Source: an uncultured Candidatus Saccharibacteria bacterium (GTDB lineage: Bacteria; Patescibacteriota; Minisyncoccia; Phycocordibacterales; Phycocordibacteraceae). From it: DNA of 64,000 nucleotides. The position numbers were made by a program, and so were the translations under genes. Location of the stretch: contig CAZSKX010000001.1 in assembly GCA_964607655.1 (NCBI GenBank), positions 232,939-296,938 of the forward strand. The letters are read 5' to 3'. Below the pieces are notes generated by a model. That model saw only the letters and a program-made list of their open reading frames with translations, was not told where the DNA came from and did no database searches. How positions within the stretch are numbered: position 1 is the first letter of the stretch; each line of letters opens with the position of its first letter. Of this stretch, positions 19,403-28,343 are shown in pieces.

Positions 19403-19543
19403 GTTCTGGATACTGCACTCAGCAGGTATGCAATTTACGGAATAGTATCGTGTGATTTGTGAAAGTTCGAGCCCATGACTGGTTCTCAAAACTTCTAGAC
19501 CGAAACGGCGTTTTTAGCCGTCTCGATAGGTCTCACATGACTG

Positions 19544-19614
19544 CTGCCCGACAGGGATTCGAACCCCAATTAACGGCTTCAAAGGCCGCTGTCCTACCAT
19601 TAGACGATCGGGCA
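19544..19614 (-). tRNA. tRNA-Gln (anticodon UUG)
   Basis: The minus-strand sequence TGCCCGATCGTCTAATGGTAGGACAGCGGCCTTTGAAGCCGTTAATTGGGGTTCGAATCCCTGTCGGGCAG folds as a cloverleaf. It has a 7-bp acceptor stem, a TTCGAAT T-loop and a CTTTGAA anticodon loop. CCA is not encoded. Confidence 0.85.
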
Positions 19615-19748
19615 ATATTGGTACTCTAACCTATTACCGATCGCCATGGGAGGACACTGTCCTACTACCAAGCGAGCCGAGACATAAGCGCATGTCTGCA
19701 TATGCTTATGCGAGGCGAGCGCCGGGAGGAAGCTCTGCGTACTGCAAG

Positions 19749-19770
19749 AAGCAGAGCTTACCATTAGACG
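19749..19770. repeat. 22-nt direct repeat of the tRNA-Gln 5' end (positions -1 to 21)
   Basis: TACCATTAGACGATCGGGCAAT is identical at 19593-19614 and 19749-19770. The intervening 134 bp contains a further CTGTCCTAC tRNA-derived fragment and the hairpin CTCTGC...GCAGAG. Confidence 0.7.
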
Positions 19771-19812
19771 ATCGGGCAATGGAAATAGCCTAGCATTATT
19801 TTATTTCCCTTT

Positions 19813-20619
19813 CTATTTAGGGCCGCAGAGTGCCGCGAGCGCAGCCAGGTCTTCAGCGGCGGGTTTTAAATTACCGCTTTCGTTCATCGCGTACATGATC
19901 GCGTTGGGGTTGTCGTTGTGGTCGAGGCCGACCGCGTGGCCAAACTCGTGTGCGAGGACCCGCGTGAGCTGTCCCTGACTTACGTAAACAAAGATATTGA
20001 TGCGTTCACCGGCGCTGTCGCGTACATACTGCCCTTCCTCGAAGGTGCGTCCCGCCACTCGGTTGTATTCTTGGATGAGCGCATTAAGCTCGGCAACGCG
20101 TCTGTTGTGGGCCCTTACTTCGGCGTTGATCGTCTCGCCGAGTGAGGTGAGCGAGTCCCGCTCTGTCTCGAGCTCTCGCGCCTCCTTGGGCGTGGCACCG
20201 CCGCGAGCGTTGATGGTAGACACTTTATCGTTGTAGGAGTCTTGAAACGCCTCGTACTGATCTTGCCTAGCGGCGAGGGCGATGCGCTGTGCCTCTTGGG
20301 CAGATTGGGTCTCAGTGATCTTGATACCGAGCTTTGCAGTAGCCTCGCGTTCGTCGTATATCAGATTGATCTTGAGTGCCGCCTCTGGATCATAGACAAA
20401 AAGATTTTTCTCAGCGGCCTTGTTCCAGATCTGAGCGGCATCGTCTGCTGTCTTCAGTAGCGTAGTCTCTCTAACTTCGAATCGCGGGTCGACCGCGCCG
20501 AGGGCGTAGCGAATCGGTTCGGCACACGGTCTCGTTTCTAGATACTTGGTATATATCTGCCACCCCGCGATAGTGAGAACGATCGTCAGGATAGCCCAAT
20601 TGATCGCGTTGCGGACCAT
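19813..20619 (-). CDS. membrane-anchored zinc metalloprotease, metzincin/matrixin-like
   Basis: N-terminal TM helix. HEFGHAVGLDH zinc-binding motif followed by a Met-turn (AIMY). Confidence 0.75.
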   Translation of the reverse strand: MVRNAINWAILTIVLTIAGWQIYTKYLETRPCAEPIRYALGAVDPRFEVRETTLLKTADDAAQIWNKAAEKNLFVYDPEAALKINLIYDEREATAKLGIKITETQSAQEAQRIALAARQDQYEAFQDSYNDKVSTINARGGATPKEARELETERDSLTSLGETINAEVRAHNRRVAELNALIQEYNRVAGRTFEEGQYVRDSAGERINIFVYVSQGQLTRVLAHEFGHAVGLDHNDNPNAIMYAMNESGNLKPAAEDLAALAALCGPK

Positions 20620-20624
20620 GGCAG

Positions 20625-21650
20625 CTACGGCGTATCAGGAAAAAGCTCGAGAACAGCGAGTTCGAGCGGGAGTGCAGGGATGGGGGCGTAACGGATACGA
20701 TCAGCCGCGTTTAAGAACGCGAGCAGGGTGTCGTGCGTAATCCCCTTATCCTTCGCAAATGCCTCGAGGTCGGTGTATTCCTCGCCCAGTTCTTCTTTTA
20801 GGGACGCTCGTAAATCGGCGGCATAGCGGATAAGGAGCGTTGAGCGCAAGGCCTCGAGGACAAGGCTTAAGAAAAGGCGCATGTCGACATCGTCCTTGGC
20901 GGTCTTCTCGATGGCCGTCAGCGCAGCGCCCCGATCGCCCTTCGCGAGCGCTTGGACAAGCGCGTTTACCTGGGCACGGCGGGGCGCGCCGGTGACCGAC
21001 TCAACGATCTCTCGGGTGAGCGTCGTCTCCCCGGTGCCGATCACTTTCTGTAAGACAGAGAGTGCATCACGGTACGAGCCATCGGCGAGCATCGCGACGA
21101 GTTCTGCGGCATCTTTCTCGAGAGCGTGTGACTCTTTCTTCGCGACGGCGGTAAGCATCTTGGCGAGCGTTTGTCGCGTCGGCTTCTTAAATTCGAATAC
21201 TTGGCAGCGCGACTGGACCGTCTCGGGCACCTTTTCCAATTCAGTGGTGGCGAGGATAAACACTGCATACGCCGGAGGCTCCTCAAGCGTCTTTAAGAAC
21301 GCATTCCACGCGCTCTTCGAGAGCATGTGGACCTCGTCGAGAATATAGACCTTGTAGGGCGACTCAAAGGGCAGCGTATAGACACCCTCAGTAAGGGCGC
21401 GAATATCTTCAACCGAGTTATTGCTTGCCGCGTCGATCTCATAGAGGTCGTTCTCCTTACATCCGATCTCGCGCGCGAAGATGCGAGCGACTGAGGTCTT
21501 CCCGAGGCCGCGCGAGCCGGCGAATAAATAGGCGTGTCCAATCCCTTTGCTCTTTACCGCCTCACTCAGAGGTCCTGTCACCTGCTCCTGTCCGATGACA
21601 TCTTTGAAGGTGCTCGGTCGATGGATCCTGTAGAGAGACTGATGCGCCAT
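20625..21650 (-). CDS. dnaX: DNA polymerase III gamma/tau subunit (short form, AAA+ clamp loader)
   Basis: GSRGLGKTS Walker A, DEVHML Walker B and the sensor SRC motif. 341 aa, lacking tau C-terminal domains. Confidence 0.9.
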   Translation of the reverse strand: MAHQSLYRIHRPSTFKDVIGQEQVTGPLSEAVKSKGIGHAYLFAGSRGLGKTSVARIFAREIGCKENDLYEIDAASNNSVEDIRALTEGVYTLPFESPYKVYILDEVHMLSKSAWNAFLKTLEEPPAYAVFILATTELEKVPETVQSRCQVFEFKKPTRQTLAKMLTAVAKKESHALEKDAAELVAMLADGSYRDALSVLQKVIGTGETTLTREIVESVTGAPRRAQVNALVQALAKGDRGAALTAIEKTAKDDVDMRLFLSLVLEALRSTLLIRYAADLRASLKEELGEEYTDLEAFAKDKGITHDTLLAFLNAADRIRYAPIPALPLELAVLELFPDTP

Positions 21651-21714
21651 GATTGATAGAGTATATCAAATAGAGAGAGCCCAGCGTCGCAAGCGACGCC
21701 GGGCTCAAGTTGAT

Positions 21715-22371
21715 TCAGTCGTGGAGACCGAGGTATGGGGTGGGATCGCGGTACCCCGCCCTGATGATGTCGAGGTCCTCCTCCTTGCCGTAGCCATCGA
21801 GATCCTTCCAGGTGAAGGGACCGATGGTGTACTGCTGAAAGGTCTTCCAGAGCATCGCCTGAGCGTGCAGGTGCGGATACCAGCCGCCATTCTCGGCATG
21901 ATCCCCGATCGTAGCGAAGATCTGTCCCGCCTCGAGAATGTCGCCCGGCCTGCAGTGCACTTCCTTGGCCAGGTGGCCGTAGAGGAGGACGATACCCAGT
22001 CGAGTCAGATCGACGGCGACGGTGGTGCCCCAACCGTGCTTCTCGGGCGTGTCACAGTCGATGCGGATCACACGCGCTCGCTCGACGACCGCCACTTCGG
22101 TACCTGCCGGGACCCAGACATCGACACCCAGATGGATGAATTTCTGTTCGTCCGCCAGGTAGGTGTCTGCGAGCAGGTCGGAACGTTTTTCGAGGAAGCC
22201 TCCCACCAGCACATTCGTGCCGAACGTGTGCTGGAGCCGCGTGACGATGTTGTCGCGCGTGCCCGGCTCGAGTTGCGTTTCGCGGACGAAGGTGGGATCG
22301 TAATCCTTCGAAGCGTCGTTCAGGTTGACGTAGCCATGCCGGGTTTCTTTCAGATTCGGAAATCCTTTCAC
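21715..22371 (-). CDS. M23 family peptidase (LytM domain)
   Basis: HLGVDVW...PAGTEV...GHL...YPHLHAQ motifs, typical of M23 metallopeptidases. Confidence 0.85.
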   Translation of the reverse strand: MKGFPNLKETRHGYVNLNDASKDYDPTFVRETQLEPGTRDNIVTRLQHTFGTNVLVGGFLEKRSDLLADTYLADEQKFIHLGVDVWVPAGTEVAVVERARVIRIDCDTPEKHGWGTTVAVDLTRLGIVLLYGHLAKEVHCRPGDILEAGQIFATIGDHAENGGWYPHLHAQAMLWKTFQQYTIGPFTWKDLDGYGKEEDLDIIRAGYRDPTPYLGLHD

Positions 22372-22423
22372 TGTTTACCTCCGTACTAGATTCTGTCTGG
22401 ACCTTACCACACAAGTAAGGTTC

Positions 22424-22470
22424 TGTATATAAAAAGATAGCGGCCTCCTTGCTATTGCGCAAGAGAGGCC
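22424..22470 (-). terminator. rho-independent terminator downstream of dus
   Basis: On the minus strand, the hairpin GCGGCCTC...GAGGCCGC is followed by TATCTTTTTATATA. Confidence 0.65.
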
Positions 22471-22556
22471 GCTATTCGCCGCGGGAATCCGCGACTTGGC
22501 CACAACCGGGCCTCTGGAAAGAGCCGAGTAGCTCCAGGGGTTAGCAATCCACTACC

Positions 22557-23555
22557 CTAGGCTACAACTCCATCATACACTATCCCAGCTTTACTGTCAA
22601 GTACCTCGGAAAGCTCCTCGGCAGACTGCGTTTCCATGAGCTTATGGCGCAGTTCGGCGGCCCCATCGAATCCGGTCACAAACGCCTTAATGTGTTTCTT
22701 TAAAATGGCGAAATGTTTAGCAGGTTTTAAAGCTTCGAAGGCGTAGGCGAGCTCGCTAAGTGCGTCGAGCTTCTCTTGAAGAGGAATATCCTCTCCTTTA
22801 CGGCCAGCAAAGACCCAGGGATTACCAAACATCCCCCGCCCGATCATCACTCCGTCGCAGCCAGTCGCAGCAATCTTCTCTTTAGCGTCTTCTAGATCAG
22901 TCACGTCGCCGTTGCCGATAAGCGGGATCGTAGAGCCGAGCGCGTCGCGGATCGCAACTGCTTTAATCATCAGCTCCCAGCGCGCTGGTACGAGCGACAT
23001 CTCTTTACGGGTCCGGAGGTGGAGCGTCATCGCTGCTGGTTCAGCCTTGATGAGGGTCGGCAGCCAGGTATCGAGCACTTCGGTGTTATAGCCCACGCGA
23101 GTCTTCACCGAGACGGGTAATGTGGTTGCGGCCTTTGCAGCGGCGATAAGCTCGACAGCGAGCTCTGGAGTCTTGATCAGACAGGCGCCGGCCCCCTGCT
23201 TCTCGATCGAGCGGTCGGGGCAGCCCATGTTGATATCGACGCCGTCGAATCCAAGTTCTTCGGCGAGCTTGGCCGCGTAGGCGATCATCTCGGGCTTGCT
23301 TGAGAATATCTGCGCGACGATTGCGCGCTCTGCTTCGCCAAACTGTAGATCGCGCATAAGCGGATTTTCACTGTCCGGCAGCTTCGCTATTTCGCGGGTA
23401 TGGTAGAGGCCGTCCGCTGAGACGAACTCTGTCCAGAAGACGCTCGGCTTGCCTCGCTTGGCGACAAGTGCGCGAAATGCCGGGTCGGTTACATCCGCCA
23501 TCGGGGCCATCAAGATGAAAGGCTTCTCAAGACTCTGCCAGAAATTTCGTATCAT
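22557..23555 (-). CDS. dus: tRNA-dihydrouridine synthase
   Basis: TIM-barrel Dus motifs (LMAPMADVTD, VDINMGCP, IGNGDV). 332 aa. Confidence 0.9.
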   Translation of the reverse strand: MIRNFWQSLEKPFILMAPMADVTDPAFRALVAKRGKPSVFWTEFVSADGLYHTREIAKLPDSENPLMRDLQFGEAERAIVAQIFSSKPEMIAYAAKLAEELGFDGVDINMGCPDRSIEKQGAGACLIKTPELAVELIAAAKAATTLPVSVKTRVGYNTEVLDTWLPTLIKAEPAAMTLHLRTRKEMSLVPARWELMIKAVAIRDALGSTIPLIGNGDVTDLEDAKEKIAATGCDGVMIGRGMFGNPWVFAGRKGEDIPLQEKLDALSELAYAFEALKPAKHFAILKKHIKAFVTGFDGAAELRHKLMETQSAEELSEVLDSKAGIVYDGVVA

Positions 23556-24457
23556 TACTCGGCCACACTATCATCTTTCATTTTCTTATACACCTTCCCG
23601 CTAAAGCGCAGATCGACATAGTCGAGTGTCGGCGCCGTGAGGGCGAGCTGCTTCTTCGCTGAGACGAGTGCGGTATAGGCCTCGTTTTCCTTACCAAGTA
23701 CATATTTGATTCGCGCACTGTTCTTAAGGACAATCGTTGCCTCAGGAGCTTCGATCGAGATCGACACAGCCGTAGCACCAAAGGTGTCGAGCTGACGCGC
23801 GAAGTTGAGCGCAGCAGGAATACGGTCTGCGTGTGGGAGTCGTTGACCGCGGATTGGCTCGGCAGCGGCTAAGGGTTGGTGGATAATAAATGGGTACACG
23901 AGCGCTACTTGGCTACTCGTCGCGAAGAGAAGCCCGCTGTCGTCGAAGAACCAGCAAGTGTCGAGCGCGGAGCTGCTCGAGGTGCTCGTCCCGACGGTGT
24001 GCACAGGAGCTGGGCACCACCTCGCGATCGGTACGCGCTGCGTGATGCGAAGCGTGATGCCGTCGGTGCCATTACGAAAGAAAGAAACTCCTGCGATGTC
24101 GCCGTGTCGTTCGACGATCCGCGCACGGATCGCCTGCTCGGGATAGAAAAAGATCGAGTCTCGGGGGATGATCCCAAGGTACTTCCCTTGCATTGCCTCG
24201 AGCGCGATCACCTCAAGTGGTAGTGGTGAGCCGTACACCTGCACCCGAGAGACTCGCACGCTCGGCTTCTGGATGCCGTAGAGGGCGAGCGCGAAAAGAA
24301 GAACGCAAAGGATCGCGAGCGCGATCGTAAGACGTCGACGGGCGCGCCTGCGCCGCTCCGCCAAGCTACTGCGCCTTCCCGAGGATATCCTTGCCGACAT
24401 ACGGCACGAGGGCGTCCGGTACCTTGATCGTACCGTCAGCCTGCTGGTAATTCTCAA
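23555..24457 (-). CDS. ftsQ: FtsQ/DivIB-like cell-division protein (POTRA domain)
   Basis: Arg-rich cytoplasmic tail, one TM helix, a POTRA-like region (VRVSRVQVYG...ITLRITQRVPIARW) and a C-terminal beta domain. The annotated start overlaps serS by 92 nt, so the true start is probably an internal Met (e.g. near 24400). Confidence 0.6.
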   Translation of the reverse strand: MRITSRLTVRSRYRTPSCRMSARISSGRRSSLAERRRRARRRLTIALAILCVLLFALALYGIQKPSVRVSRVQVYGSPLPLEVIALEAMQGKYLGIIPRDSIFFYPEQAIRARIVERHGDIAGVSFFRNGTDGITLRITQRVPIARWCPAPVHTVGTSTSSSSALDTCWFFDDSGLLFATSSQVALVYPFIIHQPLAAAEPIRGQRLPHADRIPAALNFARQLDTFGATAVSISIEAPEATIVLKNSARIKYVLGKENEAYTALVSAKKQLALTAPTLDYVDLRFSGKVYKKMKDDSVAE

Positions 24458-25637
24458 CGACCTGAGTCAGGAGACGAGGCATCGCGAGCGCGGTGTTGTT
24501 AAGTGAGTGAGCATATTGGAGGGCGCCTTCCTTGTCACGATAGCGGATATTCAAACGGCGCGTCTGGAAGTCGTGGAAGTATGAAGCAGAGTGTGTCTCT
24601 CGAAAGCGCTCTTCAGACGGCATCCACGCCTCGATGTCGTACTTCTTTACCTGCCCGAGACCGAGGTCGCCGCCACAGTTCACGACGACGTGGTAGTGAA
24701 GACCGAGTTCTTGGAGAAGTTTCTCCGCGTTCTCGGTGAGTTCTTCGTGCAGCCGGACCGATTCTTCGTGACTTGCTTCACAGAGCACAACTTGTTCATA
24801 TTTCTCAAATTCGTGGACGCGGAAGACGCCTTTCTCGTCCTTGCCGTGACTTCCTGCCTCGCGGCGGAAGCAGGGTGAGTAGGCGAAGAACTTGATCGGG
24901 AGCGCGCTCTGCTCGATGTTCTCGTTCATATACATCGCCATCGTCGCGACCTCGGCAGTGCCGGCCAGGTATTCACCGTCTTGGGTCTTGTAGAGATCCT
25001 CTTCGCTCTGAGGTAGGTATCCCGTACCGATAAAAGGCTCACGACGCAGGAGAGACGGGACGACTAGCGGTTCGAAGCCTTCCCTGTTCATAAAACGGTC
25101 TTCAACGAATCGTCGAAGCGCCGAGAGCAGGCGGGCGCCGTCACCCTTCAAGAAATAGCCTCTGAATCCAGCGACCTTAGCGCCGCGTTCAAAGTCAGCG
25201 AGACCAAGGGAGGTCATAAGCTCGTAATGCGACTTTGGCGCGAATGAAAACTGTGGCTTCTCGCCCCAGACCCGCACCTCGACATTTCCTGCGTCGTCAG
25301 CACCCTCGGGCACCGACACGTCGGGGAGGTTTGGTACCGAGAGCATGAGCTTCTGCCACTCTTCCATCACCACTTTATAGCGTTCCTCGGTCTCGGCCAT
25401 GCCGCCCTTCAGTTGCTTCATCGCCTCGAGGATCTTCGTGCGCTCCTCGCCCTCTGCGCGCTGTATCTCGTTACTCCGGCGATTCTGCTCGGTCTTCTTC
25501 GCATCGATGTCCTGACGAAGCGATTTACGCTCGTCATCAATTGTGAGGAGTCTGTCGATGTCGACTTCAATACGTTTCTTAGCAGCGCCCATCTTCACCA
25601 AGTCGGCGTTCTCGCGAATAAACTTAATATCAAGCAT
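24366..25637 (-). CDS. serS: seryl-tRNA synthetase
   Basis: N-terminal coiled-coil arm plus class II aaRS motifs (FRREAGS, GLGQ...). 423 aa. Confidence 0.95.
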   Translation of the reverse strand: MLDIKFIRENADLVKMGAAKKRIEVDIDRLLTIDDERKSLRQDIDAKKTEQNRRSNEIQRAEGEERTKILEAMKQLKGGMAETEERYKVVMEEWQKLMLSVPNLPDVSVPEGADDAGNVEVRVWGEKPQFSFAPKSHYELMTSLGLADFERGAKVAGFRGYFLKGDGARLLSALRRFVEDRFMNREGFEPLVVPSLLRREPFIGTGYLPQSEEDLYKTQDGEYLAGTAEVATMAMYMNENIEQSALPIKFFAYSPCFRREAGSHGKDEKGVFRVHEFEKYEQVVLCEASHEESVRLHEELTENAEKLLQELGLHYHVVVNCGGDLGLGQVKKYDIEAWMPSEERFRETHSASYFHDFQTRRLNIRYRDKEGALQYAHSLNNTALAMPRLLTQVVENYQQADGTIKVPDALVPYVGKDILGKAQ

Positions 25638-25722
25638 ATCTTATCAGTATAGCACCACGATTTTATAAAAAAGAATCGCCCACCACCGCGGCAGCGGGCG
25701 ATTCGGTGGTGGGCGTCAGTCG

Positions 25723-25920
25723 TTACCAGTAGGGGTTGGACGGGGTCCACGAAGGGTCATAGCGACGCAAGAATTCCTCCTTCTCCTTGTGCGTGGCGTG
25801 CACCCGAAGACTACGGTTCCTGCAACGGGTTGAAAGACCGTTCGGTTTGTTGGGAAGGTACACCTGCGGGCTCAGAATAGCGAGCGCGTCGGTCAGCTTG
25901 ACGTGCACGAGAAAGTACAT
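25723..25920 (-). CDS. small hypothetical protein (65 aa)
   Basis: An internal Met of the 84-aa track ORF is preceded by a strong SD (AAGGAGG-N6-ATG on the minus strand), which supports the shorter start at 25920. Confidence 0.35.
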   Translation of the reverse strand: MYFLVHVKLTDALAILSPQVYLPNKPNGLSTRCRNRSLRVHATHKEKEEFLRRYDPSWTPSNPYW

Positions 25921-26009
25921 GATTTGCCTCCTTAACTTGCTGTGTAATAGCTTACCATGGAATGGCTTAATCGTCAAGTTTTATGTAAGACGTAGTATAT
26001 ACTGCTGAG

Positions 26010-26861
26010 ATGAACGTTCGTGAGCTCTGCAAGGACGAGTGGCCCCCACAGTTACTCGAGATACCGCAGCCGCCGAAGCGGTTATGGTTGCGCGGGGCGC
26101 TGCCGCCCAAGGGACATAAGCTTCTCACTGTTGTCGGCTCGCGTGCCATCACGCGCTATGGACAAGAAGCATGCGAAAAACTTATCAGTGGACTTGCGGG
26201 ATACCCGATCTCGATTGTGAGTGGTCTCGCGCTCGGGGTCGACACCTGCGCGCATAAAGCAGCGCTCGCGGCGGGGCTCCACACTCTCGCCTTCCCTGGG
26301 TCGGGTGTCGACGACTCGGTGCTCTATCCGCGGAGTAATCGCGTCTTCGCGCGGGAGCTTGTTGAGCGCGGTGGAGGAATCGTTTCAGAATATGCGCCTA
26401 CCGATCCATCGCGCGTCTACTACTTTCCCGAGCGCAATCGTCTTATGGTAGGAATCTCTGACGCCGTGCTGCTTATCGAAGCAGGCCAGAAGTCAGGAAC
26501 GCTCATCACGGCGCGTCTTGCGAGCGAGTACAACCGAGAGCTTCTGTGTGTACCCCACCGGATCGGCGATCCACACAGCTTCGGGTCGCATCTTTTTATT
26601 CGCCTTGGCGCCAGCTTGGTGGCCGAACCGCTTCATATATTAGAAGCGCTGGGGATCCCACCGCGCGAATCAGCTACGCTCGTGGCTCCGAGTGACCTCG
26701 AAGATGTTGAGCTCGTTATATGGAATATGCTCGAGGAACCCAAGAATCGCGACGAGGTCTTACGTGGCGGAGGCAATCCGGGCGAGCTCCTCACCGCACT
26801 TGTCTCGCTCGAGCTGCGGGGGCTTATACGCGAAGAGTTTGGTGCGTGGCGACGTGTATAA
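26010..26861 (+). CDS. dprA: DNA processing protein DprA/Smf
   Basis: Rossmann-like DprA core (VVGSRAITRYG...GLALGVDTCAHKAAL...ERNRLM). 283 aa. Confidence 0.88.
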   Translation: MNVRELCKDEWPPQLLEIPQPPKRLWLRGALPPKGHKLLTVVGSRAITRYGQEACEKLISGLAGYPISIVSGLALGVDTCAHKAALAAGLHTLAFPGSGVDDSVLYPRSNRVFARELVERGGGIVSEYAPTDPSRVYYFPERNRLMVGISDAVLLIEAGQKSGTLITARLASEYNRELLCVPHRIGDPHSFGSHLFIRLGASLVAEPLHILEALGIPPRESATLVAPSDLEDVELVIWNMLEEPKNRDEVLRGGGNPGELLTALVSLELRGLIREEFGAWRRV

Positions 26862-26870
26862 TCATCCAAC

Positions 26871-27659
26871 ATGAAGATTTATAGCTGGAACATGCTTTTC
26901 AGGAATCCTGATATGGATCGGGCGTTTGAGTTTATTGCGAACGCTGATTTCGATGTCTTCTGCCTTCAGGAGGTGCCTGAAGATTTTTTTGAACGCCTGA
27001 AGGCCCTGCCCTTCTACCTGAGTGCCGCACCCGAAGTAGAGCGCATATTTAACGGCTCGCGTTCCTCGCAGTACCTAGTGACGCTCTCTCGTTATCCTCT
27101 CGGAAAGGAGGGGCGGATCCCGCTTCCCTATCGCGAGATTATGTTGCCACTACGCGCACGTATCTTTGTTGGCGTCATGACCCGCCTAAAGCTCTGGGCT
27201 CTCGGCGTGGGGAATCGTCACAGTCTCTATACCGACCTCGTGACACTCGAGGGGATCGTGCGCGTCTTTAATCTTCACCTCCCACTCGCCACTCCCGCAT
27301 GGCGTGTCGAGGAGTTTGAGCAAGCGATGCTCGAACGTGACCCAAGCATGTCAACTATCGTGTGCGGCGATTTTAATATTCTCGAACGGCCCCACATCAC
27401 TCCGGTCTCGTGGGCCCTCGGCGGCTCACTGGGCGATATGTTTTTCTATCGTCGTGAGCGAGTGCGCATCGAGGAGCGCTTTTTTGAACACCAACTCGCT
27501 AACCCGCTGCGCGGTAAAATCACTCACAACATCTCTCGATCACAACTCGACCATATCCTGGTCTCGCACTCGTTTACGATCAAAAATGCCGAGGTGATCG
27601 CTGACTCCTACGGCTCTGACCATAAACCCATCTTTGCAGAAGTGAGCTGGAGAGAGTAG
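26871..27659 (+). CDS. endonuclease/exonuclease/phosphatase (EEP) family protein
   Basis: SWN...FCLQEV, CGDFN and SDHKPI motifs. Confidence 0.85.
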   Translation: MKIYSWNMLFRNPDMDRAFEFIANADFDVFCLQEVPEDFFERLKALPFYLSAAPEVERIFNGSRSSQYLVTLSRYPLGKEGRIPLPYREIMLPLRARIFVGVMTRLKLWALGVGNRHSLYTDLVTLEGIVRVFNLHLPLATPAWRVEEFEQAMLERDPSMSTIVCGDFNILERPHITPVSWALGGSLGDMFFYRRERVRIEERFFEHQLANPLRGKITHNISRSQLDHILVSHSFTIKNAEVIADSYGSDHKPIFAEVSWRE

Positions 27660-27705
27660 GATTCAATCGGAAGGTATAGCCCCCAAGGGCTACAAGGAGA
27701 ACCAT

Positions 27706-28197
27706 ATGCTCCCAGTTCTATATGCTGTGGAAAACGTGCTTCCCGCGCTGCTCCGTTCCGAACACGAGTGGCAGAGTTTGTACGTTGACTATCACCTGCC
27801 CTTTGTCGAAAGGCTCTGGCGTGACTGGCATGGCCATCGAGTCTACCTGCACAGGATCCTTCCCTGTGAACCAGGAGAAGCCCTTTTCCACCCGCATCCC
27901 TGGCCCTCGGCCATGCGCGTACTCGCAGGCAACTACGAGATGGGGATCGGGTACGGCTTAGGTCTACAGGCGCCACCGATCGCCGCACGGCTGATTCTCG
28001 GAGCTGGGTCGGAGTATGAGATGACCGATCCCGACAGTTGGCACTATGTCCGACCCCTCGAGGAACCAACCCTGTCACTCATGGTCGCGGGACAACCCTG
28101 GAATCGCGAGTCACCCAAGTCTGAAAAACCCCTCGGTCCGTTGTTCCCCCGTAAAGTCGACGAACTCTTCGAATTCTTTCGATCGGTCTACAAGTGA
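27706..28197 (+). CDS. hypothetical protein, possibly cupin-fold
   Basis: 163 aa. HPHPW...G and P-x-x-W-H-Y-V segments resemble the two cupin motifs. Weak. Confidence 0.35.
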   Translation: MLPVLYAVENVLPALLRSEHEWQSLYVDYHLPFVERLWRDWHGHRVYLHRILPCEPGEALFHPHPWPSAMRVLAGNYEMGIGYGLGLQAPPIAARLILGAGSEYEMTDPDSWHYVRPLEEPTLSLMVAGQPWNRESPKSEKPLGPLFPRKVDELFEFFRSVYK

Positions 28198-28240
28198 AGA
28201 CGATCCCTTCCTCCCGCGCAGCAATGCGCGGGAGCCCTCT

Positions 28241-28286
28241 TATATAAAAGAAAACCCCGCACCAACGTCTCAGCATTGGTGCGGGG
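28241..28286 (-). terminator. rho-independent terminator
   Basis: On the minus strand, the hairpin CCCCGCACCAA...TTGGTGCGGGG is followed by TTTTCTTTTATATA. Confidence 0.65.
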
Positions 28287-28343
28287 TCCCGCGTGGTCCG
28301 ACTTCCCCAAGTCGGTAGCCACGCATTTCGAGGAGGCCGCGGA

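Larger units (their letters stand above)
7099..19556. mobile_element. putative integrated genomic island (restriction-modification/phage-like cargo plus serine recombinase) abutting the 3' end of tRNA-Gln
   Basis: The block from about 7.4 to 19.35 kb is visibly AT-richer than both flanks. Its cargo is a ParB-MTase fusion, a TerS-like HTH protein, nucleases, an RM operon and a large serine recombinase. A 13-nt direct repeat GCTGCCCGACAGG sits at 7099-7111 and 19543-19555, and the latter copy is the 3' end of tRNA-Gln. The 13-mer alone could be chance. Its position at the tRNA end plus the composition shift makes it suggestive. Confidence 0.5.

Noticed and set aside
21649-22389. 246-aa plus-strand ORF opposite the M23 peptidase gene, and similar long antisense ORFs opposite the 347-aa gene (50793-51833), the GHKL ATPase (57376-58782), topA (29964-30689), relA (32247-33050) and the giant gene (40314-41063, 44097-44804, 45837-46370)
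   Set aside because: Each is antisense to a gene with clear motifs or SD and terminator support. High GC makes long stop-free antisense frames common.
23555-24457. 92-nt overlap between the ftsQ-like ORF and serS
   Set aside because: Most likely an over-extended start call. An internal Met (around 24400 or further down) would shorten or remove the overlap, so it is not treated as a genuine long overlap.
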